This document shows positions 1-10,600 of a stretch of 28,238 nt of DNA, piece after piece (the stretch's first letter is position 1; each line of letters opens with the position of its first letter). The DNA comes from a virus. Lineage: Duplodnaviria; Caudoviricetes. The notes beneath the pieces are model-generated. The model did not search any database, was not told the DNA's origin, and saw only the letters and a list, made by a program, of their open reading frames with translations. The stretch covers positions 1 to 28,238 of the IMG/VR virus record IMGVR_UViG_3300000756_000036. One strand, 5' to 3'. Both the position numbers and the translations under genes were made by a program.

Positions 1-938
1 GCGCGTCCACGATGTTCTTCTCCGGTGTAAACTCTCCAAGGAAATGGGGCGAGTCTGGTGTTGGTGCAGGGTTTATCAACATGTCCAATAGCTCCGGCGG
101 GGCTGAAATTCTTACAGGCATCGACCTTTATCAAGGCAACCTGGCAGCATTCTCTCGGCGATCCGTTCAAATCTGGAGCATCGACCCAGACCCGGCCAAC
201 AACCGCCAAGGACAAGTCCTCCTAAACACCGGCGCTTTCGGCCCAGGGAGCGTGGTGTCTGTCGGTGATATTGATATCTTTTACCTATCCGACTCCGGCG
301 TCCGCTCCCTGCGCGCGCGAGACAGCTCCAATGCCGCCGTCGTCAATGACGTCGGTACGCCCATCGACAGCCTGGTACTTGCCGAACTGTCTCAAATGAC
401 GGACGCCCAGAAGGCCGCATGCCCTGCCATCATCGAACCTATTGATGGGCGGTACTGGTTAGCCGTTGGGAATAAGATCTACGTCTACACCTACTTCCCT
501 AGCAGCCAGGTCGCTGCCTGGTCTACCTACAGCCCAGGCTATACGTTCACGGATTTCACGACCAAGGACGGCATTGTCTACGCCAAGGAAGGTAATATCG
601 TTTACGCCTATGGCGGCCTTACAGGCTTGAACTACGGATCATACAGGGTTGAGGTTATCCTCCCCTACCTTGACGGTGGTAAGCCGGCGCACATGAAGAC
701 CCTGGCCGGTATTGACATGACCTGTGAGGGTGAGTGGGCTGTCGAAATTGGTATGGATCCTATCTCCCCCAATGCCCGCGACCTAGTCGCCACGGTCAGC
801 CAGCCCACCTTTACCCTTGGTCGCATCCAGGCTACTGGGATGGGAACGCATGTAGGCGTACGTCTGACCTGTGATTCCGCCGGCTACGCTCGACTGGCTA
901 ACCTAATCGCCCACATCGACTTCAATGAAAGTGACTGA
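1..938 (+). CDS. C-terminal part of a tail tubular protein B / P22 gp10-like stabilisation protein (5' truncated)
   Basis: The frame has no stop upstream of the ATG at 12, so it is open to the window edge. The sequence is beta-rich and propeller-like (IFYLSDSGVRSL, YWLAVGNKIYVYTY, AAWSTY). It lies directly before the GNAT and ejection genes, as in podovirus synteny. Confidence 0.7.
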   Translation, partial: ASTMFFSGVNSPRKWGESGVGAGFINMSNSSGGAEILTGIDLYQGNLAAFSRRSVQIWSIDPDPANNRQGQVLLNTGAFGPGSVVSVGDIDIFYLSDSGVRSLRARDSSNAAVVNDVGTPIDSLVLAELSQMTDAQKAACPAIIEPIDGRYWLAVGNKIYVYTYFPSSQVAAWSTYSPGYTFTDFTTKDGIVYAKEGNIVYAYGGLTGLNYGSYRVEVILPYLDGGKPAHMKTLAGIDMTCEGEWAVEIGMDPISPNARDLVATVSQPTFTLGRIQATGMGTHVGVRLTCDSAGYARLANLIAHIDFNESD

Positions 939-1416
939 ACTGTATCCCGAAGGGGTGCAGCATGTGGTTCACAACATGAGAGCGAAGGACCGGGCGGAGG
1001 TGTACGCCACCCAATGGACAGACGATCCGTGGGAATTCGGCAACAGCATCCTACGAATCGGGGGTGGAGGCTTTGTCCTACACGCGGACGATGGAGAACC
1101 AATCGTGTGCTGTGGCGCCATGCCCATGTGGAACGGCGTCATGTCGATTTGGATGTTCGCAACCGACAGGTTCGACGAGATATCCCTATCCACCCACCGC
1201 TTCGCCAGGAAGGTGTTTTTCCCCTACTTGGACGAGATTGGGTGGCATCGCCTGGAGTGCCGGAGCATCGCTACGCACGACGTTGCCCACCGATGGCTGG
1301 AGCTGCTGGGGGCGTCAAAGGAGTGTGAAGTATCTAACTACGGCAAGGCCGGAGAGACGTTCTATCTGTATTGCTGGACAAAGCCGTCCTCCAGTACACA
1401 ATCTACTCCATTATGA
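925..1416 (+). CDS. GNAT-fold acetyltransferase-like virion assembly protein (T7 gp13-like position)
   Basis: Motifs 'NMRAKDRAEV', 'SIWMFATD' and 'AHRWLELLGA' are typical of this phage family. It lies between the tail tube and ejection genes. Confidence 0.7.
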   Translation: MKVTELYPEGVQHVVHNMRAKDRAEVYATQWTDDPWEFGNSILRIGGGGFVLHADDGEPIVCCGAMPMWNGVMSIWMFATDRFDEISLSTHRFARKVFFPYLDEIGWHRLECRSIATHDVAHRWLELLGASKECEVSNYGKAGETFYLYCWTKPSSSTQSTPL

Positions 1417-1452
1417 AGCTGGATCTGAACATTGGAGGGAATCCCCGATAAC

Positions 1453-2073
1453 ATGTGTTTCGGAGGAGGAGGAGGCGACGGTGGTGCTGCTCAAGCGCGA
1501 GCAGACGAGATGGCGCGCCAAGCCCGCATCAAGCAGGGTGTTAATAACATCAACCAGAAGTTTGAAAGGTTCGACGACGGATTCTTCAAGGGACGCGGAC
1601 AGGCTTATTCCAACTTTGCCACCCCCCAGGTCAACGACCAGTACAAGCAGGTCAGCGACCAGTTGGCATACTCCCTTGCCCGAACCGGCCTAGACCAGTC
1701 CAGCGAGAACGCTCGCCAGGGCGGCGTACTGATGCGCGACAATGCTATGGCAAGGCAGACCGTTGCCGAAGCTGCTGCCACGGAGGGTATCAAAGCCCGA
1801 CAGGCGGTTGAAGACCAGCGCAACAATCTTATCCAACAGGTCAATATGACCAGCGACCCGGAGTTGGCCGCAACGAATGCACTCCGATCCGCCAGCATCA
1901 TGGAACAGCAACAGGCTTTCAACCCTGTGGCTAACCTGTTCGCCAACACCACCGGAATGCTAGGTGCTGCCCAGAACGCTGGCTATTACTCCGGCGGTCC
2001 TGGCTTAAAGCCATTCAAGGACTTTGTTACTGGTGGATCGTCCAACAAGAACCGCGTCGAGAAATCTGGTTAA
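1453..2073 (+). CDS. Putative internal virion/ejection protein
   Basis: Start reassigned to ATG 1453 (MCFGGGGG...). Helical and A/Q/G-rich; assignment supported by synteny. Confidence 0.6.
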   Translation: MCFGGGGGDGGAAQARADEMARQARIKQGVNNINQKFERFDDGFFKGRGQAYSNFATPQVNDQYKQVSDQLAYSLARTGLDQSSENARQGGVLMRDNAMARQTVAEAAATEGIKARQAVEDQRNNLIQQVNMTSDPELAATNALRSASIMEQQQAFNPVANLFANTTGMLGAAQNAGYYSGGPGLKPFKDFVTGGSSNKNRVEKSG

Positions 2074-2077
2074 TTTT

Positions 2078-2452
2078 ATGTGTACTCCTCAATTTCAACA
2101 GGCTGCCCAATACGCAGCTCAACAGCGCGCGCTAGACGCCGGCATCAGCCCTCAAGACGCTGCCGCCAATGGCGGTCAGTATGGTGTGCTGCCCCAGGAA
2201 TCTATTGAAGAGGCTGCTGTCAGCATGCCGATGACACAGTACAAAGGGCAGATTGGTCAAAGCATTGCCGACGCTGTCATGCAGTCTGGAATCCTCGGTG
2301 CTGCCGCCGGTGCTGCTTCCTCTGGTCAGCCCCAGCACATGATGCGCAAAGAACTTGCTCCTATGCCTGTTAGGCGCGCGCCTACCGTCGGCGAACTTCT
2401 CGGCATCCCCCCTGGATCAGTCCAGGAAGTCGGCGGCCCTGGCCGTTTCTAA
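2078..2452 (+). CDS. Hypothetical virion-associated protein
   Basis: Start reassigned to ATG 2078 (MCTPQF...), 4 nt after the previous stop. A/Q/G-rich. Confidence 0.55.
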   Translation: MCTPQFQQAAQYAAQQRALDAGISPQDAAANGGQYGVLPQESIEEAAVSMPMTQYKGQIGQSIADAVMQSGILGAAAGAASSGQPQHMMRKELAPMPVRRAPTVGELLGIPPGSVQEVGGPGRF

Positions 2453-2455
2453 TCT

Positions 2456-3277
2456 ATGTGTACCCCAGTAGCATTCGCACTAGCCCTAACGGCGGCAGGA
2501 TCTGCCGCTCAAGCCGCAGGCGCGCGACGCGCAGCCAAGGCTATGGAGGGACAGCGTGTCGCCGAAAGCATTCGCCAGAAGGGCTTCCAGGATGAAGCCG
2601 CCGCAGTATCAGATGAATCTCTCGGCAAGTCCGGCAGGGACGCTACTGAAACTGGTATGTCAGAAGCTGCGGCAGCGCGAGCGGCTGCGTCTGATGCTGC
2701 TGTGGCTGAAGTCCGTGCGCCTATCGAGGCTACTGGTGCGAACCTAGCCGGCGACCAAACTGCCAATAAGTTGATGGCAACCGAAGGTGACGCTGCCGCC
2801 GCAAAGAACCTTGGCTACGCTACCCAGCAGGGTCGCGCCAAGGCCAACATGCTTTCGTTCAATGACGTTACCTTCCAGAACGCCATCAACAACATCCGCG
2901 CCGGCCAGAAGCTAAACACTACTGGCAACTTCATGCGCGGATCTGCCGGCGTACTTCCTGTTGAACTTGAATACGCTTCCAAGAAGGGCGACAGCCTAAA
3001 GACCCTCGGTACTGTTCTTTCTACCGCCGGGTCTGTCGTTGGCATGGGTGCTGGTGCTGGTTGGTGGGATGCTCCAAGCCAAGCCGATATCCTTAACAAA
3101 ACCAATTCGCTGGCAAACTTCTCCAACCCTTCAACGCTAAACGCCGCCAGCAACAACATTGCAAATTATAGCAATAGCCTGCTTCCGCTAGATCCCTTTA
3201 AGATTCCGGCCATTCAGCCGCAGTCTTTCCTTGGGTCTGGTTCGTTCCCGGCGATGTATAAATTCCCCATTAAATGA
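2456..3277 (+). CDS. Putative internal virion/ejection protein (T7 gp14-like N-terminus)
   Basis: MCTPVAFALALTAAG hydrophobic N-terminus, Ala-rich helices and a Gly-rich hydrophobic segment near the C-terminus. Confidence 0.65.
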   Translation: MCTPVAFALALTAAGSAAQAAGARRAAKAMEGQRVAESIRQKGFQDEAAAVSDESLGKSGRDATETGMSEAAAARAAASDAAVAEVRAPIEATGANLAGDQTANKLMATEGDAAAAKNLGYATQQGRAKANMLSFNDVTFQNAINNIRAGQKLNTTGNFMRGSAGVLPVELEYASKKGDSLKTLGTVLSTAGSVVGMGAGAGWWDAPSQADILNKTNSLANFSNPSTLNAASNNIANYSNSLLPLDPFKIPAIQPQSFLGSGSFPAMYKFPIK

Positions 3278-4626
3278 ACAAAGTATCTGTCCAGGGCGAC
3301 CCATACTGGGCGAAGGCTGCCGAAAACGTGGCTGGGATGTTCAACCCAGAGGCTGAAGCCAAGGGTGCGACCTTGCTGTCAACCGCTCGTTACAACAACG
3401 CCCGCGCCGCTGGACAGGAAGATCAGAATACAGCACTTGGAGAATCTGCTCTTCGCGCTGCCGGGTATTCCGAACTAGAAATCGCAGCCATGCGGGCTGC
3501 GCGTGATAACTCCGTCGCTTCTATTTTCAAGGGCATTAACGAGAATCGCGGTCGCGAAGCCATTGTCGCAGGCAACCCCAATGTCGCCCTACCATTGCTA
3601 GGCCAGGCTAATGCCTTGGATGACTACAACAAGGGTGACATGATGCGTCGATTGACGACTAACGCCGATGGATCGCTTAATACGTCTATCGCAGCAGCCC
3701 TTGCAGGCGGTTCGTCTTCTACTGGAGGCGTACTTACGCAGCTTGGTGCTGATGGTAACTACAAGATCGTCGATACGACTCCAGCCGGCAAGGTTGATTT
3801 GAACCGAATCTTAACGGATACGGCAGAATCTCAAGCCAAGATTAGGTTACTCGGCACCAGGGAAACAAACATGGGACGCCTTACCGACGCCCAGATTGCC
3901 CTGCTTCGCCAGAAGGGTGTTGCCGTTGAATACCTTGCCGAAGCAAACGTCGGGAAGATTGAGAATGCTGCCAATAACGCTACCGCTGAAAGCCAGGCCA
4001 GGATCAAGCTTACTAACCTTACCGGAGAAGAGCGGACAAGGCTCAACGATGCTAACATCCTTCGCATTAAGGGTCTTATCAATATTGATAAACTTAACGG
4101 TGACGCAACCGCCGCCCGGACAAGTCTAAACGACCAGGCCAAGCAATTGGTAGTCCGCAAGGGAATCGAGGAAATCTACGCCAAGGACTTTGCCGAGAAC
4201 CTAGGTTCAGCCAACGCCTGGGAGCAGGTAGACCCTGCCCAGAAGAAGTCCCTTACGGACCGCGCTATGGAGTATATCCTCCGCGACAAGCTGGACGTTA
4301 TGTCGGCTATGAAGAAGTCCGAGAGCGACCATAATATTACTGGAAGCATGGTCAAAGGCACGAAGGACCAATTCTGGGGCTTGAAGCAGAAGGAAGACGG
4401 AACCATTACCTTTGAAGGCTTTAAGGCTCCGGAAGCCCTGGCGGCCATCGTCGCTGCCGGGTCTGGGGCTGCTGGCTCTACGCCGGCCCCTGCCATCACC
4501 CCAGCTGCGGTTGATATCTCGGCTATCCCGGCAGGTGCGATTGATGCCTTGAAGAAGAATCCTTCTCTTGCCACGAAGTTCGATGAGAAGTATGGTGTTG
4601 GTGCTGCCGCAGCTGTGCTGAAGTAG
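3274..4626 (+). CDS. Putative DNA ejection/transfer protein
   Basis: 450-aa helical ORF immediately preceding the giant gene. Its C-terminal motif AIDALKKNPSLATKFDEKYGVGAAAAVL is recalled from phage injection proteins. Confidence 0.6.
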   Translation: MNKVSVQGDPYWAKAAENVAGMFNPEAEAKGATLLSTARYNNARAAGQEDQNTALGESALRAAGYSELEIAAMRAARDNSVASIFKGINENRGREAIVAGNPNVALPLLGQANALDDYNKGDMMRRLTTNADGSLNTSIAAALAGGSSSTGGVLTQLGADGNYKIVDTTPAGKVDLNRILTDTAESQAKIRLLGTRETNMGRLTDAQIALLRQKGVAVEYLAEANVGKIENAANNATAESQARIKLTNLTGEERTRLNDANILRIKGLINIDKLNGDATAARTSLNDQAKQLVVRKGIEEIYAKDFAENLGSANAWEQVDPAQKKSLTDRAMEYILRDKLDVMSAMKKSESDHNITGSMVKGTKDQFWGLKQKEDGTITFEGFKAPEALAAIVAAGSGAAGSTPAPAITPAAVDISAIPAGAIDALKKNPSLATKFDEKYGVGAAAAVLK

Positions 4627-4632
4627 CATTAA

Positions 4633-7600
4633 ATGGCAAACAATCCCTTCGACGCTTTCGACACCCCCGCGCCCAAGCAGCCGGCAAACCCTTTCGACGC
4701 CTTCGATGCGCCGGCGGAGCAACCTGTCGTCAACCAGCCTGTCAGCCAGCCTGTCAGTCAGCCCATCGTACAGGTTGAGAAACCGACGCCTGTCACAGCC
4801 GCTCCATCGGTAGCCGATGCGTTTAAGTTGGCGACGCCAAACGATCCTCAACTCGCCGCTCCTGGAGCCGGAGTATTGCTTCCCCAGCCGGCCATGCGTG
4901 GTATTGGCGGCGGTCAGCGTCAACTCGGACAGTCCCTTAACCCACAGGCCGAAACTGTTGGTGCTTTTGAAAGCTTAATTAATTCTGGTCTTTCGTCCTG
5001 GTATGGCAAAGACATGGCTTCGGCTGAAAACAACTTCTTCGCGCTTCTCGCCGAAGAGGCGAAGCTTGCTGAAGACGTAGCGTCTTTTGATCCTACCAAG
5101 CTACCAAGCCAGGATAGTTATCAAGGCTTTGGTGGGCAGGGCGGCATTTCAGCAACCTGGCAGCCAGAACCGCTGAAGGTCTTGGCAGCCAAGCAATTTG
5201 CCCTTGATGACGTCCGCAAGCGGATCGTAGAAGCGCGTAAAGAAAAGGACGAGATGGAGAAGACCATGTCCGGCATTGAAGGACGAAGCGCGCGAATGCA
5301 GGCGTTCCAGGATGCCGCAAACAAGGAAGACATTGGTGGTGCTGCTAAATTACTAAAGGGACGCTATGGTGCAAACACGGCAGAAGTGGGTGCCAATATG
5401 TTCTTGGAGTCTGCATGGCCTAGCGCCAAGGGTGCTTTGGTTGATGCTGGTAAAGCCATTGCTTCCCTATTCACAGCCGCTCCTACTCTTGGTGCAGGCC
5501 CGGCTATGATCTACGGTGGTGGTGCTGCCGCTCAAGGCGGCATGGCCGGTCGAGATGCGTACGTTGGCAATAAAGCCCAAAACTTTAAGGAATGGCTTCA
5601 GAAGAACGGCGTTGATGCTAACGACGAAGACGCTGTCATTGCCCTGCGAAACAGTAACCCTGCCGCGTACAAGGCAGCTCTCGATGCTGCTGACAACCAA
5701 GCATTGGCGGCTGGCGCCGCCGAAGGCGCTGTGACTGGTGGGTTTAGCCTTATCCCTGGTGTTGGGTCTATGAAGGCTGTCGGTAAAAATAAGGGTGTAC
5801 AATGGATTCTAAAGAATGGTGTACCTGTTGCCGTTGAGATGTTGAAGGAAGGAGCAGAAGAAGCCGTTGTTAGTGCAGCGTCGCAATTGTCGGCTATTGC
5901 CGCTGGATCAGACAAACCTTTCAGCGGTAAACAAGTTGTCTTTGCTGGTACTGGCGGTGCTTTGGCTGGTGGCATGGGAGACGTCTCAATGAAGGCCGGC
6001 GGTGGCGTACTGAAGGCCGGCTATCAAGCCGCTCGCGGTCAACCCGCACCTGCTGCCCCTGGCGCTGCCCAACCTCCGCCCGCTGCCGCTCCGGTTGCAC
6101 CTGTAGCACCTACGCCTGCTCCTCGCGTCGCCGGCGAGGTTGTACCTCCCGCGCCGGCTCCAGTTGCTCCAGTCGCCCCTGCGGCTGAAGCTGCACCTGC
6201 CGCCGAAGCCGCTCCTGCTGTCGATCCTACCATCGCCCTCCAGGAACAACTCAACGCGGCCAATGAAGTACTATCTGCTTATGAAGCAGAAAAAGCAAAG
6301 GCCGAGTTTGAAGTAGAGGCTGCCAATGCAGCCCTCAAAGACGATCCAGAGAACGCGGATAAGCTTGAAGCAGCCCGATTGGCGCAGGCTACGCTTGATG
6401 GTAAGAACGCTGGATTTGAAGCCGCTACCGACCAAGTCAGAGACATCACCGCTCAACTTGAGGCAGCACCTGCACCTACGGCTACACCTGTTGCAACCCC
6501 TGCACCAGCAGCCGCCCCTGTCGCTCCTGCTCCTGCCGCTGCCGTTGAACCGCCCGCTCCAGCACCTACGCCCGCCCCAGCGCCGGCGCCTACTCCAGCC
6601 CCCGCAGCGACGCCTGCTCCCACACCTACGCCCGCCCCTGCTACGCCCGCACCCGCGTACGCCGGCGGCGACCCTCGCCAGGATCCTCGTTTCGACGACC
6701 TGCGGGCAGACGTTAAGACTGAACTGCGTAAACTGTTTGCCCGCCTAGAAGAGCAAGAGGCTAAACTGGCCGACATGAAGGCCAAGAACAACAAGACCGA
6801 ACAGAAGGAAGAGCAGATCCGCCGAACCAAGGCGGCTATTGCTGCGAAGCTTGGCGACGCTGCTCCTGCGGTTGCACCTACGCCCGCGCCTGTAGCTGCC
6901 CCTGCCCCTACCGCACAGGCTGCTCCCGCTCCAGCTGTCGCTCCTGCGCCAGCACCTGCGGTTGCCCCAGCTCCTACTGCCCAGGCAGCTCCTGCGCCTA
7001 CGGCAGCCGCTACGCCCGCTCCAGCCCCTACCCCTGCTCCTGCTACCCCAGCCCCAGCAACCCAGACTGCCGCTGAAAACAACGTAGAACCTGCACCTGT
7101 TTACCCAGGAGACAAAGCTCCAGTAGTTAAACGCAAGGCTTGGTCTGAACTTTACCAGAAATGGCGCGCAGAGTATTCCAAGACTCACTTTGATGACGGC
7201 ACACCAAGGGTTGCTATCACAATCCCCGGCCCTACCGCATCTGCCAAACCTGCTGCAACACAGAAGCCAAATGCAGATGGCGATCCGCGCAATGACAGCC
7301 GGTTTGATGCCCTTCCGCTTGAGTCGCGTAGCGCAATCAATGTAGCCTACAACAAGGTTATCAACGACCAGAAGCAGCGTGATAGGACTTCCATAGCCGG
7401 ACGATCCACCAAGAAACTGGATGATAGTATTGCCAGGAACAAGGCAGAGATTGAACGACTGCTTGCTAACCAGCGCAATGCCCCGGTAAACCCGAACGCC
7501 GCGCCTATCGACCCGACCGCCGGCGACCAGACTTACGACTACGACGAGACGCCGGCTGCGCCGGTCGTTACTCCGGCAGAACCTGTTGCTGAAGTAGCGC

Positions 7601-10600
7601 CGGCAGCTGAACCTGCTGCCGCTACTGAAGTCGCCCCAGACGCTACGGCCAAGGAAGACTCAAAGGCAGTCGCGCAGGCTAGGGTGCAACTAGCTAACCT
7701 TGAGAAGGCCGGCAAGGGTGACAGTAAGCAGGCAAATAAACTCCGCAAGAAGATCGAAGAAGCATCCAAGGGCGGTTCGCTTGCCCAGGCCGAACTGGAC
7801 CTAGACGCTGAAATAAGGGACTTCACGGACAACAACCGCACCAATGACATCGTTGGTCTTGGTGGACAGTTCAGCTATCTTGTCGTCAAGAAGATGGCGC
7901 TGATGATTGCGCGCGGAGTCAAGGACTTCCCATCCGTAGCCAAGTCTATCAAGGAAAGCTTTGGTAATATCGACCAAAAAAAGCTCAAAGAGCTTTTCAA
8001 TAAGGCTTTGAGCATCGCCGGTAAAAACGCTACGGAAACGGTTCAGAACCTAAAGGAATTCAACAAAACAAACGCACCGAAGTTTGATGAAGGATCTGAA
8101 GAAATCTCTACGAGACAGCCTACTAGTAAGAAAGCCCCAGAAGACTTCGTAGCCCAGAAGCTAATCATTGGTACTGACGCTCTCAATTCGACTGAAAGCG
8201 TGGCTAAAAAATCCGCTGACGCTGTTGCCAGTTACCCGAACATGCGACCGGTAGAGGGTGAGACTGCCAGGGAGACGAACGAGCGTTTCATCAAAATGGT
8301 TAAGGAGAATCTGATCTGGCTCCACAACCAGGTTCCTCCCGCCGTACGCGCGAGAAGCAAGCTTTGGTATGACGGCGCCAACAAGATGGCTAATGAATTC
8401 TCTAAAAAGTACAACGCCACGGCGTCGCAGGTTGCCGGCGTAATGGCCGCTCTCTCCCCGCAGAAAGATTGGTTTATGAACGTGGCACTTGCCGAGTATG
8501 TCTTGAAGGTTGCAAGCGAACACAAGAATGATCCGTTCTCGCAGGAGATGTACGACAGGGCTGCGTCCATGATGACCAAGCCAAAGAAAGGTCCGGAACG
8601 TCCGCTGTTCAAGCCGCAGCAGCTCGCGGCTATAAAGAAGCTTATCGGCACCAAGTACAAGGACATGGACCTTTCGCAGAAAGCCCTATTCACGAGAATC
8701 CATAGCGAAACCTATACTGACCGCTCTTATCACATCCTGGCTCCGGAAGGTAATCGCCTCAATCTTGCAAGGACGTCAGAGGGTGAGTTGAGCAGGTATG
8801 GCTGGGGATCAATGCGTGAAGTCAAGAAGGCCATTGCCTGTATCGAGGATGGAAGCCTTGCCAATATTTCCAGCCAGATGGGCAAGGAGCATAAGGTTCG
8901 TAACTTCTACAACAACATCATCGCTCCCAACAGCAAGGATGGACATGTCACTATCGACACTCACGCCGTAGCTGCGGCCCTCATTCGCCCCCTCGCTGGC
9001 AAGAGCATCGAGGTTAAGCATAACTTTGGATCGTCCGGCGCCGACAAAGTGGTGGGTGTTAACGGCACCTATGCCTTATACGCAGAAGCCTACCGCCAGG
9101 CCGCTGCCGAAGTCGGCGTCTTGCCACGCGAAATGCAGTCTATCACTTGGGAGGCTATCCGTGGGGCATACCCCAAGGAATTTAAGGGTGCTAAAAATGT
9201 TGCAGCCATTAACAAAATTTGGAATTCTTACAAAAATGGAAACATCTCCCTCGCAGAAGCCCGACAAAAATCAATCGATGTCGGGAAGAAATTCACCGAC
9301 AAAAACGGAGGAGGCATCGCCAATTACAGCTGGCTGGGACAGCAGTCCGAATTCCGACCCGACGATGGACTTTCTCCGAGCGACGTCAACGCCGGTGACA
9401 CGCGAGAACTACCTGGAGATAGCGTACCTGGGGGAAGCGCCGGATCCGTTCCCAGCGGAACTGGAAGCACTACTTCCACCGGAACTGCAAATCAACAGTC
9501 CGGAAGAGACGCAGGAGTAGGATCAGATGCAACCGTAAAGGGTTGGGCGAAGACCGTTGCCGCCGCGCAGCGTGACAAGCCAGAGGCTGCCATGCTGGCA
9601 GCCCAAAAGGTCGTCAAGGGCGGGATCGTAAATTACGCGATCGAACACGCCGGCGACATTCTTCACCGAGTTTACCAGTCTTTGTCGCAGTCCGGCACCG
9701 ATCCTAGCTTTGGGTATGAAACGGTCAAATCAAAGGTTGATCGGATCCTTCGCAACTTCCGACTAGAAGGCATCGACACGGAGGCTGATTTCTGGGCCAA
9801 GGAAAAGGAACAGCATGACATGGAGGTTGCCAGCGGCAAGGAAGGCGTCCCTTCGTGGGAGCAACGTAAGCAGGAAATCACGGAGAAGATGAAGCAGTTC
9901 GCTGCGGAGCATGACTCCCTGCCGGCCGAAAACGATCTTCAAGCCACCGTGAAGAGCATCAATGTCGCACTTGGAAATCTTGATTTCCAGGCCGCCATCG
10001 AAGGGATGAACAAACTCAAGCAAAAGCTTGAGTCACAAGATTCCTGGAGGAACTACGCCAGGGAAGTCGGATCCAATACCGAAGAAAATGCCGGCAACAA
10101 ATCCCAGTCTAAAGCAGTCCTAACCCCAGCCGGCGGAGTCGCCCAGGTAACCGGCGACACAGACCGATTAAACGGTCACCAGGGAGGGTTTGAGACGGAC
10201 GCATACCACGCCAGCGAAGAAAGTTTTAACTCATTTGATGACAAAAATCCGCGAGCAAAAGTTTACCTGGCGTTAGGCGCCGAAGACGGCATAAAGCAAT
10301 TTGGTAAAAAGGTTGGCAAGTTTACAGTACGCTCACAAAACCCAATCAACATCTTGCCGGGCAAAGATGGAAAGCTTTCCGAAGATGCAGTAACATTCTT
10401 AAAAGACTTTTGGAGACAGTACCTCAAAGGACGAAGGGATGAAGGAGGACGAAGCCTTGGTCAGCAGGACCTAATTTCACTTGCTAAAGATGGGTATCTT
10501 TTTAACGAGCATGATACAGCGCAAGGCGACATGGAGAACTTTGCGTTTAAAAGTGGTTATGATGCTATTGTAATGCTTGATGTATCATCTGCTGGTTCTC

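Noticed and set aside
6030-7190. Antisense Gly/Ala/Val-rich ORFs and a possible CRISPR-like or tandem array
   Set aside because: These are shadows of the Pro/Ala coding repeats; there is no constant repeat-spacer periodicity.
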